NCBI GenBank assembly: GCA_045535665.1 | Contig: JAZSMD010000012.1 | Span: 4,451-68,450, forward strand | DNA from: Eubacteriales bacterium | GTDB taxonomy: Bacteria > Bacillota > Clostridia > Oscillospirales > UBA644 | Direction: 5' to 3' | Length of the DNA stretch: 64,000 bases | Shown: one piece after another, positions 25,735 through 35,059 of the stretch | Layout of the letters: each line of letters starts with the position of its first letter | How positions within the stretch are numbered: position 1 is the stretch's first letter | The notes under the pieces: generated by a model | Told to the model about the DNA's origin: nothing | Databases searched by the model: none | The model's input: the letters and a program-made list of their open reading frames with translations, nothing else | Program-made: the position numbers and the translations under genes

Positions 25735-25748
25735 GTTGAATTTTCAAC
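25735..25748. promoter_or_regulatory. palindrome GTTGAA-TT-TTCAAC in the Crp/Fnr-ferredoxin divergent region
   Basis: 6-bp exact inverted arms, 16 nt downstream of the -10 box. Core is TTGA-N4-TCAA, which is shorter than the canonical FNR spacing. Confidence 0.35.
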
Positions 25749-25793
25749 GAAATTAAAATATTTCGACTTGGCTTTTTTCCAAAGGGAGTAATT

Positions 25794-26459
25794 ATGAGAC
25801 AATATTTGGATGTATTAAGAGACTGTGCTTTATTTGAAACTATTTCAGATGAAAATCTTGTTCCCATGTTGGGTTGTTTGAGGGCAAAAACTTCAAAATT
25901 CAAAAAAGGCGAAACTGTAATTTCCGAGGGCGATCCTGCGGATATGTTTGGTATACTGCTTTCGGGTGAACTGCAGATCATGCGAATTGACTATTACGGA
26001 AACAGAAGTATCATGACAAATGTTGAGCCTGCTCAGCTTTTCGGGGAGTCTTTTGCCTGTGCGGAAATTGAATTCTCTCCTGCAGACGTTGTGGCAACAG
26101 AGGACTCTGAGCTTCTGTTGGTTGATGCACACCGTATAACACAGACTTGCTGTAATGCTTGCGATTTTCACAACCGAATGATATTCAATTTACTTAAAAT
26201 AGTTGCAACTAAAAATATTATGTTTAACCAGAAATTGGAAATAACATCAAAACGAACTACGCGAGAAAAGCTTATGACGTATCTGCTTATGCAGGCAAAG
26301 AAAAATAACAGTAATTCCTTTGATATACCTTTTGACCGCCAGGAGCTTGCGGACTATCTTGAGGTTGACAGAAGCGGACTTTCTGCTGAGGTCGGGAAGC
26401 TGGTAAAAGAAGGTAAATTGCAATGCTTCAGAAGTCATTTTACTGTCGTTGAGGCGTAA
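25794..26459 (+). CDS. Crp/Fnr family transcriptional regulator
   Basis: Cyclic-nucleotide-binding-like N-terminal half and C-terminal HTH (RQELADYLEVDRSGLSAEVGKL). GGGAG SD. Confidence 0.85.
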   Translation: MRQYLDVLRDCALFETISDENLVPMLGCLRAKTSKFKKGETVISEGDPADMFGILLSGELQIMRIDYYGNRSIMTNVEPAQLFGESFACAEIEFSPADVVATEDSELLLVDAHRITQTCCNACDFHNRMIFNLLKIVATKNIMFNQKLEITSKRTTREKLMTYLLMQAKKNNSNSFDIPFDRQELADYLEVDRSGLSAEVGKLVKEGKLQCFRSHFTVVEA

Positions 26460-26515
26460 ATTCCCTATTTTTTACCGAATTCTCGGTTTGCGAGAGTGAT
26501 TTACGGTCTGTGGGC

Positions 26516-26544
26516 TTGAATTCTCTCTGACATTTTGGTAGAAT
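26516..26544 (+). promoter_or_regulatory. promoter for XRE-TM regulator 3 (TTGAAT-17-TAGAAT)
   Basis: Hexamers at 26516..26521 and 26539..26544. Confidence 0.5.
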
Positions 26545-26597
26545 TTAAACAGAACTGGTTCACTTTAGCAGTTTTTAAGAATGGAGATTATTTAGGA

Positions 26598-27974
26598 ATG
26601 GAAAAGAAAACTATAGGTCAGTTTATAGCGGCTCTTCGCAAGGCAAACGGCATGACTCAGAAGCAGCTCAGTGAAAAACTGAATGTGTCGGATAAAGCGG
26701 TCAGCCGTTGGGAACGGGACGAATGTGCTCCCGATCTTTCATTGATTCCCGTAATTGCGGAGCTTTTCGGGGTAACATCAGATGAAATATTAAGGGGAGA
26801 ACGCAGAATTTCTGACGATTCTTTTGAGGAACATTCTGTTTCGGGAAGTAAAAGTACAAAACAGCTTGAACGAATTTTAAATGATACAAAATTGAAGTTT
26901 GGTATCAGAAGCATAATTTCTTTGGGAATTGCAGTTTTGGGTCTTTTAGGGGCTATGCTGTTTAATTTCGGGTTTAACAGGGCTCATATTGGGTTTATTG
27001 TTGGTTGTATCTTTCTTCTTACGGCGACTGTTTGTGAGGCGATATTTATAAAGCTTGCCTTTGCTTCCGTTTCGGAAGATGAGTTCGATTGTGACAGCCT
27101 GAATCTTTATAAAAAGAGCTTATTTCATAAGGCATATTCTACATATTCTTGGATTTTTATTATCTTTGCTTTAACTTTACCGTTAAGTACTCTTGTGGGA
27201 GATTCATATTGGGGCTTAAGCTTTAACAGTTGGTTTTGCTACGGTGTTTTTTACGGCTTGGTTGCTCTTTTGATATGTGTTGTGCTGAAAACTGTTGTAG
27301 ATAGAATTGCTATTAAATATAAAGTGTTTACACTTTCTGAAAAAGAAAAAGAAAAATCTGATAAGCTTTTCAGATTCGATAGAAAATGTCTTTTGATCTT
27401 GGTTTGCATAATGTGCTTTACCTTTGTTTTGCAGTTGGTTTTTAATGTGACAGCTTCTGTTGAGTTGTTCTGTGAAGGACAGAATTTTACAACATTTGAG
27501 GATTTTGCTGAATTTATGGCTACACCTGCTGAGAGAAACTATACATATTATGACGGATTATCTAAGATTGAGGTGAATGAGTCACTTGCGGTGGATGTTG
27601 TAAAGGATTATACTTTTTATGTGAACGGTGAAGAGGTTGAATCTGCTCCTGATGACTATTTCCGATACGATGATGAAACACATTACTTCGATCAATACGG
27701 TAATGAGATATCCGAAGAGGAAGCTCTTACAAGAGAGTTTTACGGTAAACACGGTGAAGTATATGGTACATATATAGACAGAAATGATTCGGTAAGTTAC
27801 TATACCGTTGATTGGAAAGATGAAGGGATTGAAAAAATAACTGTTTATACTACGGATGATATGCGAGATTATCATGCCTTTGGAAATGCTGTAAATCAGC
27901 TCTTTGTTATTCTGTATTTTGCCGAATTATTGGCTGTAACAGTTATTTGGTTTGTAAAACGCAGAAAAATTTGA
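26598..27974 (+). CDS. membrane-anchored XRE-family HTH regulator (3) with an extracytoplasmic domain
   Basis: HTH_3 N-terminus (LRKANGMTQKQLSEKLNVSDKAVSRWER), several TM segments, an acidic Y-rich segment of about 150 aa, then a final TM. GGAG SD before ATG 26598. Confidence 0.8.
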   Translation: MEKKTIGQFIAALRKANGMTQKQLSEKLNVSDKAVSRWERDECAPDLSLIPVIAELFGVTSDEILRGERRISDDSFEEHSVSGSKSTKQLERILNDTKLKFGIRSIISLGIAVLGLLGAMLFNFGFNRAHIGFIVGCIFLLTATVCEAIFIKLAFASVSEDEFDCDSLNLYKKSLFHKAYSTYSWIFIIFALTLPLSTLVGDSYWGLSFNSWFCYGVFYGLVALLICVVLKTVVDRIAIKYKVFTLSEKEKEKSDKLFRFDRKCLLILVCIMCFTFVLQLVFNVTASVELFCEGQNFTTFEDFAEFMATPAERNYTYYDGLSKIEVNESLAVDVVKDYTFYVNGEEVESAPDDYFRYDDETHYFDQYGNEISEEEALTREFYGKHGEVYGTYIDRNDSVSYYTVDWKDEGIEKITVYTTDDMRDYHAFGNAVNQLFVILYFAELLAVTVIWFVKRRKI

Positions 27975-28051
27975 TATTTTTGAAAAGCCCCTTGCCTTTT
28001 GATATGGATTGAGGTATAATATGCAGAGATCTATTGAAAGGCAGGGGTTTT

Positions 28052-28924
28052 ATGAAAACTAATAAAAAAGCTGTCTTCTTTGCCCTTTTAGCAGCTGTTT
28101 TATATGCGGTAAATTCACCTTTTTCAAAGCTTCTTCTGGAAAAGGTCTCGGAAACCATGATGGCATCATTTTTGTATCTCGGTGCAGGTTTGGGTTTATT
28201 TTTAGTTGGTGTCTTCCGTAAGCTCTCCGGGACTGCGGAAAAAGAATTACCTTTGACTAAAAAAGAGTTGCCGTTTACCGTCGGCATGGTTCTTTTGGAT
28301 ATTGCGGCTCCGATATTTCTTATGATCGGCTTGAATATGACAACTGCGGCAAATGCTTCTTTGTTGAATAACTTTGAAATAGTTGCAACCACTGTCATCG
28401 CACTTGCGATATTCAGAGAAAAAGTTTCAGGTCGCTTGTGGCTTGCCATTGTTTTGGTAACACTTTCAAGTATTATTTTGTCTTTTGAAGATATGAGTAG
28501 CTTTTCCTTCTCATTCGGTTCGATTTTTGTGTTGCTAGCCTGCGTTTGTTGGGGGTTTGAAAATAACTGCACAAGAATGTTATCATCCAAAAACCCTTTG
28601 TCTGTAGTCGTAATAAAAGGCTTCGGTTCAGGTTTGGGCGCTTTGGTTATCGCTCTGCTTTTAGGCGAAAAATTTCCTGAGATACCATATATATTGGGAG
28701 CATTGACTTTAGGTTTTGTGGCATACGGTTTAAGTATTTATTTTTATATTTATGCCCAGAGAGACCTTGGGGCGGCAAAAACAAGCACTTATTACGCGGT
28801 CTCGCCATTTGTGGGTGCAGGACTCTCGATGCTTATCTTCCGAGATGTTCCGACAGTTTCATATACCGTTGCGTTTATTATAATGATATTCGGGACATAT
28901 TTTGCTTCCACTGATGGAAAATGA
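28052..28924 (+). CDS. EamA/DMT family transporter
   Basis: 10-TM profile with N-terminus MKTNKKAVFFALLAAVLYAVNSPFSK. Confidence 0.8.
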   Translation: MKTNKKAVFFALLAAVLYAVNSPFSKLLLEKVSETMMASFLYLGAGLGLFLVGVFRKLSGTAEKELPLTKKELPFTVGMVLLDIAAPIFLMIGLNMTTAANASLLNNFEIVATTVIALAIFREKVSGRLWLAIVLVTLSSIILSFEDMSSFSFSFGSIFVLLACVCWGFENNCTRMLSSKNPLSVVVIKGFGSGLGALVIALLLGEKFPEIPYILGALTLGFVAYGLSIYFYIYAQRDLGAAKTSTYYAVSPFVGAGLSMLIFRDVPTVSYTVAFIIMIFGTYFASTDGK

Positions 28925-28982
28925 TTTTATGTAATGCTTTTATTTGAAAATAATAATGATAATTAAAATGGGAGATGTTGAA

Positions 28983-30344
28983 ATGAGCATTATAAATGTT
29001 AATTTGAATGAAGTTTTAGGCAAGATCAAGCCGTTACATGGTATTGAAAACAGCCCCGTAGTTTACGGTTCTCACGACAATATCAGACTTTGGAAAAAAG
29101 CAGGCTTTCCATTTGCGAGGCTTCATGATACTGATTATCCGAGAGGTCCTGTAGTTGATATTCCTCGAATTTTCCCAGATTTCAATGCTGATGAAAGTGA
29201 TCCGAAAAATTACAGATTCCCTAATACAGATGCTGTTATTGAAGGTATTGTGGAGTGTGGTGCAGAAACTATCTACCGTTTGGGAACATCTATTGAGCAT
29301 ACACGTCAGAAAATAGATACGGTAGTTCCTGCGGATATGGATAAGTGGGCAAGAATTTGCGTTAATATTATTCGCCACTATAACGAAGGTTGGGCAAACG
29401 GTTATCATTTTAACATTAAATATTGGGAAATTTGGAATGAACCTAACTTAACTCAGGATGATATGTGGCAGGGAACACGAGATGATTATTTTAAACTCTA
29501 TGAAACGGCTTCAAAGCTTATAAAGAAAGAGTTTCCCGATCTTTATGTTGGAGGTCCTACCCTTGCCGAAGCTATAGAATATGAGAAAAACTCTCTTAAA
29601 GCCGAGTATGTCGATGAAACCTATGCAAGAGCTTTTCTTGACTTTGTACGTAAGACTGATTCTCCACTTGATTTTTTCTCTTGGCATTTGTACCGCAGAA
29701 ATATCTGGGAATATGATGAGGTTTGTAATTTTATAAGAGATCTTCTTGATGAATATGGCTTTAATGATGTTATAACTATTTGTGATGAATGGAATATTAA
29801 GAGTGTAAAGAATGACTTTGCTTTAAGTAATGAAACATATTATGATGGGGTTGAAATGCATGAGTGGTTGGAGGATATGAAAAATGAAGTCGGAGCTTCA
29901 TTTGTTGCCGCCGTTATGATGACATTTCAAAAAGGTCCTGTCGATATTGCATGTCATTATGATTCAAATCCGAGTATGGTTTTCTGCGGAACTTTTGAAA
30001 AGTCAGGATTTCCTACTAAAACATATCATTCTTTCAGATGCTATGACAAACTTTACCGTTTGAACGGAAACGAAGTGAAAACCGAAAGTGATACGGAATC
30101 AATATATGTTTTGGCTGCGAAAAACCATAAGAAATTAGTTGTTTTCATATCAAATTATGATGGCGAACCCGGAAAGGTTACTGTGAATTTTGAAGGGTTG
30201 CCTGAAGGAGTAAAAGAATATTCCGTTGTCAGAACAGACAAATACTATACTCATACTCTTGACGATGAAGGGATTCTTGAGGGAGATATCTTGGAGGTCG
30301 GTATGATTAAGAACAGCACACTGCTTATTACGGTAAATTTGTAG
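28983..30344 (+). CDS. clan GH-A glycoside hydrolase (GH39-like)
   Basis: WEIWNEPN acid/base-type motif. No signal peptide. GGGAG SD before ATG 28983. Confidence 0.55.
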   Translation: MSIINVNLNEVLGKIKPLHGIENSPVVYGSHDNIRLWKKAGFPFARLHDTDYPRGPVVDIPRIFPDFNADESDPKNYRFPNTDAVIEGIVECGAETIYRLGTSIEHTRQKIDTVVPADMDKWARICVNIIRHYNEGWANGYHFNIKYWEIWNEPNLTQDDMWQGTRDDYFKLYETASKLIKKEFPDLYVGGPTLAEAIEYEKNSLKAEYVDETYARAFLDFVRKTDSPLDFFSWHLYRRNIWEYDEVCNFIRDLLDEYGFNDVITICDEWNIKSVKNDFALSNETYYDGVEMHEWLEDMKNEVGASFVAAVMMTFQKGPVDIACHYDSNPSMVFCGTFEKSGFPTKTYHSFRCYDKLYRLNGNEVKTESDTESIYVLAAKNHKKLVVFISNYDGEPGKVTVNFEGLPEGVKEYSVVRTDKYYTHTLDDEGILEGDILEVGMIKNSTLLITVNL

Positions 30345-30436
30345 AATTTGAACTTGGAGTTTTGAATACTATTCTGCAAGATTTCATGTTTTGGTGGAAT
30401 TTGTGCGAATAATAAATTATTTACGGAGGAGTTACT

Positions 30437-30757
30437 GTGTCTGAATTGAATAAAAATGAGTGTACAGGACATTGTGCAACTTGTAAAAAATGTACTGTCG
30501 ATTTTTCAAAAGATGTAATTTCCGAAGATCTCGGAGTGATGAAAATTGAGGTCATTGATATTGCGGATGGGCTTTTTGCCAACGTTGAAACTGTGATTGC
30601 TTCAATGGGGCCTACAGTTGAGGCTTCTCGTGTTACCGATATGGAAAAATATGGTGATATTCAACTTCCGGCCCTTGCGGTGAACGGAAAAGTAGTTTCT
30701 CAGGGGAAAGTTCTTTCTGTTTCTGAAATAAGTTCTTTGCTTATGAAAATGTTTTAA
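30437..30757 (+). CDS. thioredoxin-fold (Thioredoxin_3-like) protein lacking CxxC, with an N-terminal Cys4 extension
   Basis: GTG start with GGAGG SD. Core MKIEVIDIADG...PALAVNGKVVSQGKVLSVSE resembles small MTH895-type thioredoxins, but the active-site cysteines are absent. Confidence 0.55.
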   Translation: MSELNKNECTGHCATCKKCTVDFSKDVISEDLGVMKIEVIDIADGLFANVETVIASMGPTVEASRVTDMEKYGDIQLPALAVNGKVVSQGKVLSVSEISSLLMKMF

Positions 30758-30773
30758 CTGCGAATTCGACCTA

Positions 30774-30802
30774 TTGACATGTTAAAAAATTTATGTTATA
30801 AT
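30774..30802 (+). promoter_or_regulatory. promoter upstream of the MATE leader (TTGACA-17-TATAAT)
   Basis: Full consensus hexamers at 30774..30779 and 30797..30802. Confidence 0.6.
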
Positions 30803-30843
30803 GGTGTTGGTTCGGAGGACTATACATCTTTGAATGTTATGTT

Positions 30844-30889
30844 GGATAAGGCTACAGGCTGAAATGCTTGGGGTCTTATCCGTTTTTTT
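30844..30889 (+). terminator. intrinsic terminator inside the MATE leader
   Basis: GGATAAG...CTTATCC outer stem plus a CAGGC/GCTTG inner stem, then GTTTTTTT. Lies between the promoter at 30774..30802 and the ATG at 30906. Confidence 0.6.
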
Positions 30890-30905
30890 ATAGTGAGGTA
30901 AAATA

Positions 30906-32243
30906 ATGAGAAAAAATAAAATCCAATTATCAGACCATTTTAATGTGGGGAGACTTTTGCGTTTTACTGTTCCGTCCATTGTAATGATGATATTTTCATC
31001 GATATATGGCGTCGTAGATGGCTTTTTCGTTTCAAATTTTGTAGGGAAGACTTCATTTGCGGCAGTAAATTTTATAATGCCGTTTTTGATGATTCTCGGC
31101 ACTTTTGGCTTTATGTTCGGTACAGGTGGTAGTGCTCTTGTTGCAAAGACCCTCGGTGAAGGTGATAATGTTCGTGCAAACAGATATTTTTCTCTTTTTG
31201 TATATTTATCTGCAATTATTGGTGTTGTTATTGCAGTTTTAGGTATCATTTTTATTGAGCCTGTTGCAAAAGTGCTTGGCGCTGAAGGGCAAATGCTTGA
31301 AGATTGTATCGTTTACGGACGAATTATCCTTATGGCCCTACCGTTTTTTATGCTTCAAATGGAATTTCAAAGCTTTTTTGTAACTGCGGAAAAACCGAAG
31401 ATCGGGCTTTTTGTTACGGTTGCGGCAGGCTGTACGAATATTATTCTTGATGCTCTTCTGGTCGGAATTTTTCATTTCGGTCTTGTTGGGGCGGCTCTTG
31501 CTACCGCAATAAGTCAGGTTGTAGGCGGTGTTATACCGTTATTGTATTTTTTCTGTAAAAATTCAAGTATCTTGCGTCTTACAAAGACAAAATATGACGG
31601 GAAAGCTGTTTTCAGGGCTTGTACAAACGGTTCTTCGGAGTTGATGACCAATATTTCAATGTCTTTGGTGAGTATGCTTTACAATTTTCAGCTTCTTAAG
31701 TATGCAGGTGAGGACGGAATTGCGGCTTTTGGTGTTATAATGTATGTAAACATGATATTTCTTGCGGCATTTATTGGGTATTCCATTGGAATTGCGCCCG
31801 TTGTTGGATTCCACTACGGTGCGGGAAATACAGATGAACTCAAAAGCCTTTTGAGGAAAAGTCTTTGGATAATCGGCACGTTTTCTGTGTCCATGCTGAT
31901 TCTTTCCGTTGTGTTGGTAAAACCGTTATCGCTGATTTTTGTTGGTTATGATCAGGCGTTATATGAAATGACTTGCAGGGGCTTTTATATCTATTCAATT
32001 TCATATTTATTTTCAGGCTTTGCTATTTTCGGATCGGGCTTCTTTACGGCTCTTAATGACGGCCTTGTATCTGCAATTATATCATTTTTACGAGCATTGG
32101 TGTTTCAAGCGGTTGCAATCCTTGTATTACCTGTTTTTTGGGAGCTTGACGGGGTATGGTTTGCAAATATTTTTGCGGAACTCTTGTCAGTTTTTGTTTT
32201 TGTGTTTTTCTTATTTGCAAAACGTAAGGTTTATGAATACTAA
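30906..32243 (+). CDS. MATE family efflux transporter
   Basis: 12-TM profile. N-terminus LLRFTVPSIVMMIFSSIYGVVDGFFVSNFVG is typical of MATE. Confidence 0.85.
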   Translation: MRKNKIQLSDHFNVGRLLRFTVPSIVMMIFSSIYGVVDGFFVSNFVGKTSFAAVNFIMPFLMILGTFGFMFGTGGSALVAKTLGEGDNVRANRYFSLFVYLSAIIGVVIAVLGIIFIEPVAKVLGAEGQMLEDCIVYGRIILMALPFFMLQMEFQSFFVTAEKPKIGLFVTVAAGCTNIILDALLVGIFHFGLVGAALATAISQVVGGVIPLLYFFCKNSSILRLTKTKYDGKAVFRACTNGSSELMTNISMSLVSMLYNFQLLKYAGEDGIAAFGVIMYVNMIFLAAFIGYSIGIAPVVGFHYGAGNTDELKSLLRKSLWIIGTFSVSMLILSVVLVKPLSLIFVGYDQALYEMTCRGFYIYSISYLFSGFAIFGSGFFTALNDGLVSAIISFLRALVFQAVAILVLPVFWELDGVWFANIFAELLSVFVFVFFLFAKRKVYEY

Positions 32244-32380
32244 GCAGCGACAATATTTTTTAAGGATGTTTAAAAAAACTAAATATCGTTAAATTTATCC
32301 TTTCGATTCTATGTATGTTGACTCTCGTCTGTTTTGTTACAAATATTTTTTTGGGGGGGTAGTTTTAAGAGAAAATAATA

Positions 32381-32409
32381 TTGACTTTATATTTTTTTTG
32401 TGATAAAAT
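32381..32409 (+). promoter_or_regulatory. promoter for the GH36-like lipoprotein gene (TTGACT-17-TGaTAAAAT)
   Basis: Hexamers at 32381..32386 and 32404..32409. Confidence 0.6.
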
Positions 32410-32462
32410 ATATTTAAGTCTTTTTATCAGATTAAACGATATGTGAAAGAAGGAATAAACCG

Positions 32463-34847
32463 ATGAAAAGAATAGTATGTATGCTTCTTGTCTTATCTAT
32501 ACTGTCGACAATCTTCTCAGCGTGCAATAACGAGCCTTCAGCAACGCCCGATGTTCCCGAAGAGCCTGAAGTTGTTGCCCCCATTGAACCGAATGAACCC
32601 GAACCCGTTGAACCCGATGAGCCTGTAACTGTTGAACCTGAAACTCCCATTTATACCGAAACGGAAGTCGGTGCGGAAAACACACTCAACAGCAAGGGTG
32701 AAACCGTAACTTTAAATGTTGTGGATAATATTTTGTATATAACAAATCTTTCCACGTTGAATTCAAATGTTAATTTGCTTTCCGCAAATTCTCCGTTTGC
32801 GTTGCCCAAGAGTTATCAGACGGACTTTCCCTCAAAGGAAACTTTTGACTTGAATTGGGTCTATACTTCTGCGGTTAAATTTGAAAATAAAGAAGTCAAT
32901 GATATAATGACTTCCGGTTTGATCTATAATTTTGAAGACACGACCCAAAATGTAAAACTCCGTGTTTATTGTGTTATCCGCAACGATATCAGAGGTCCTT
33001 TTGAATTCTACATGGAAGTTGAAAATCTCAATGATTCCGCATTCAGAATTGCGCCTTATGATTTTGCGACTTTTACGGTCGATATTCCCGACCCCGAAAC
33101 TACTTCTGTTGTTCAAATAAAAAGAGAAGGCTGGTTGGCGGAGGGCTTTAGATTCAGTTCTGAAATTGATACGGTTCATAGCGGTATGGGAATATATAAA
33201 ATTAAATTTGCAGATATAAAAAGGCGTACTTCTAACGCAACCACTGACGGCTCAGAAGATTATCTTCTTGCCCAATATATTGACAACAACAGCGAAAACG
33301 GACTTTTCTATGCCTTAGAATGGACTAACGGAAATATAAGAGTGATAAATAATAACGATTCAACTGCAACCGTAAACATCAATATGGATATTGCAGGTAA
33401 ACACACCCGTTTCTTTACTACTGAAATTCCCGCTAAAGAAACATTTGTTTTGCCATCTGTTTATTTGATGCCGTATGACGGTTCTATTGATGACGGAAGT
33501 AATGTTTATAAAAATTGGTTTTTTGAATGTAAAACTGTTTCTACTCTGAGAGATAATCCTGCTGAACCGCTTACTCAGATAGATTTTCAAATGTCAGAAG
33601 CAGATGCGGCTGCTGTTAACTTGGATTCCATAAAATATGACTACGGTTGGTGGTCAAACGTTAATTTCCATGCAAGTGAGGCACGTCCGTTTGAAAGTAC
33701 TTGGACATTACTTGCCGAGGAAAAAGATGCTCCGGGACACAGATTCATCGATATGCTTAACAGAGGTCTCGAATGTGAGAAACAGGGCTTGAACTTTACT
33801 GTATATATCCTTTTGCACGATAATGTGGATGCCGATGGAAATGTTACGGATCAGTATGGAGAATTGAACTCCATTACACATCCCGAATGGTTCTCGGATG
33901 AAAAAGAATGTGGAAATTATCTTGTGGATTTAGGTAATGTTGATGCTGTTGAATATCTTAAAAATACACTTGCTAATTTCTTTATAAAGACAAAGGTTGA
34001 TACTTGGCGTACAGACTTCCAGCCAATGGCTTCCACTTCAGATAAAGAAAACAGACATGATGCAAACGGTACGGATGTTCAGTATTGGACAACCGTCGGT
34101 TTTGGAGAAATTCTTGACCATTTATACGATGCTGTGGAAGGCTTCAGATACGAATGTTGTGACTGCGGCGGTGAATCAAAAAGTATTTACCTTGCAACAA
34201 AGGCTGTAGTATTTAATGTTGAAGACTCTGCTACATATATCAATTTGAGAGCCGCATTCTATGACAGTTCTTACGTTCTTCATCCTGCACAGTTGCAATT
34301 TCCCTGTAATATAGCTTCATTTAACCCTGAAAGCGAACAGTATTTCTGCCCTGATATTCCCGAACCTACAGTTGCGGAAGGCGACACATACGATTTTTAC
34401 GACTCTATGCAACATATGGGATTCCGAACTACAATAATGGGCGTTCCTCATTGGGCACCCTGGGACGGAAATGTTCTCCCCGATTATTATAAGGAATATT
34501 GCGATATGTACGAAGCGAAGGTTCGTCCTCTTGTCCGTGAAGCGGAGCTTTATCACATTTTACCCAGACCCGACGGAACAAATTGGGACGGCATGATGTA
34601 TGCAGACCCCGACAGCGAAAACGAAATAAAAGGTCTTGTTTTCCTGTTCAAACCTTCTGTGGAAGTTTCCGATACTTATAATGTTGTTTTTGACGGACTT
34701 TATGAAGATACGGTTTATCAACTCACATTTGAAGACAGACCCGAACAGAATTGTACCGCTACAGGTGCAGACCTTATGACAAAGGGGATTGAGGTCGAAA
34801 TCAAATATGTCGGCTCAGAGCTTATCTGGATAACTGAGGCGAATTGA
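32463..34847 (+). CDS. lipoprotein, alpha-galactosidase-like (GH36/clan GH-D-like)
   Basis: Lipobox FSAC and a Pro/Glu-rich linker. Motifs line up with GH36 landmarks: DYGWW, HPEWF, VDTWRTDFQP (KWDMN-like), ECCDCGGES (CSGGGGR-like). Confidence 0.5.
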   Translation: MKRIVCMLLVLSILSTIFSACNNEPSATPDVPEEPEVVAPIEPNEPEPVEPDEPVTVEPETPIYTETEVGAENTLNSKGETVTLNVVDNILYITNLSTLNSNVNLLSANSPFALPKSYQTDFPSKETFDLNWVYTSAVKFENKEVNDIMTSGLIYNFEDTTQNVKLRVYCVIRNDIRGPFEFYMEVENLNDSAFRIAPYDFATFTVDIPDPETTSVVQIKREGWLAEGFRFSSEIDTVHSGMGIYKIKFADIKRRTSNATTDGSEDYLLAQYIDNNSENGLFYALEWTNGNIRVINNNDSTATVNINMDIAGKHTRFFTTEIPAKETFVLPSVYLMPYDGSIDDGSNVYKNWFFECKTVSTLRDNPAEPLTQIDFQMSEADAAAVNLDSIKYDYGWWSNVNFHASEARPFESTWTLLAEEKDAPGHRFIDMLNRGLECEKQGLNFTVYILLHDNVDADGNVTDQYGELNSITHPEWFSDEKECGNYLVDLGNVDAVEYLKNTLANFFIKTKVDTWRTDFQPMASTSDKENRHDANGTDVQYWTTVGFGEILDHLYDAVEGFRYECCDCGGESKSIYLATKAVVFNVEDSATYINLRAAFYDSSYVLHPAQLQFPCNIASFNPESEQYFCPDIPEPTVAEGDTYDFYDSMQHMGFRTTIMGVPHWAPWDGNVLPDYYKEYCDMYEAKVRPLVREAELYHILPRPDGTNWDGMMYADPDSENEIKGLVFLFKPSVEVSDTYNVVFDGLYEDTVYQLTFEDRPEQNCTATGADLMTKGIEVEIKYVGSELIWITEAN

Positions 34848-34864
34848 CTATATGTGGTGTTAGT

Positions 34865-35043
34865 ATGAATAAGTTATTAGAATACCGTTTGGGAAAACTT
34901 TAGCTTATTCTTTAAAAACAGGTATCGATAATTATTATGACCCTGAAAAGGTAGGCGGAACTGTTCTGAAAGTGAATTCCGATGGTATTTATGATGTTTA
35001 TCATGAATATGTCGATGTCAGCGAATTCATAACAGAGGATTAA
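34865..35043 (+). pseudogene. small ORF interrupted by a -1 frame change (59 aa if joined)
   Basis: ATG 34865 reads MNKLLEYRLGKL and stops at 34901. The -1 frame continues from 34891 as GKTLAYSLKTGIDNYYDPEK...FITED to 35043. Terminator at 35060..35091. Confidence 0.25.
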
Positions 35044-35059
35044 CGATATTTGTTTAATG

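Noticed and set aside
28944-28982. TTTGAAAATAA half-site resembling the left arm of the 24-bp palindrome, upstream of the GH39-like gene. Another copy lies at 52..62.
   Set aside because: Only one arm is present with no inverted partner. The TTTGAAAAT 9-mer is expected by chance in AT-rich DNA.
32530-32650. Short GAACC(C/G/T)-rich repeats and antisense Gly/Ser-rich ORFs (32432..32650, 32497..32685).
   Set aside because: This is the Pro/Glu-rich linker following the lipoprotein signal peptide of the GH36-like protein. It is low-complexity coding sequence, not a repeat element or a separate gene.
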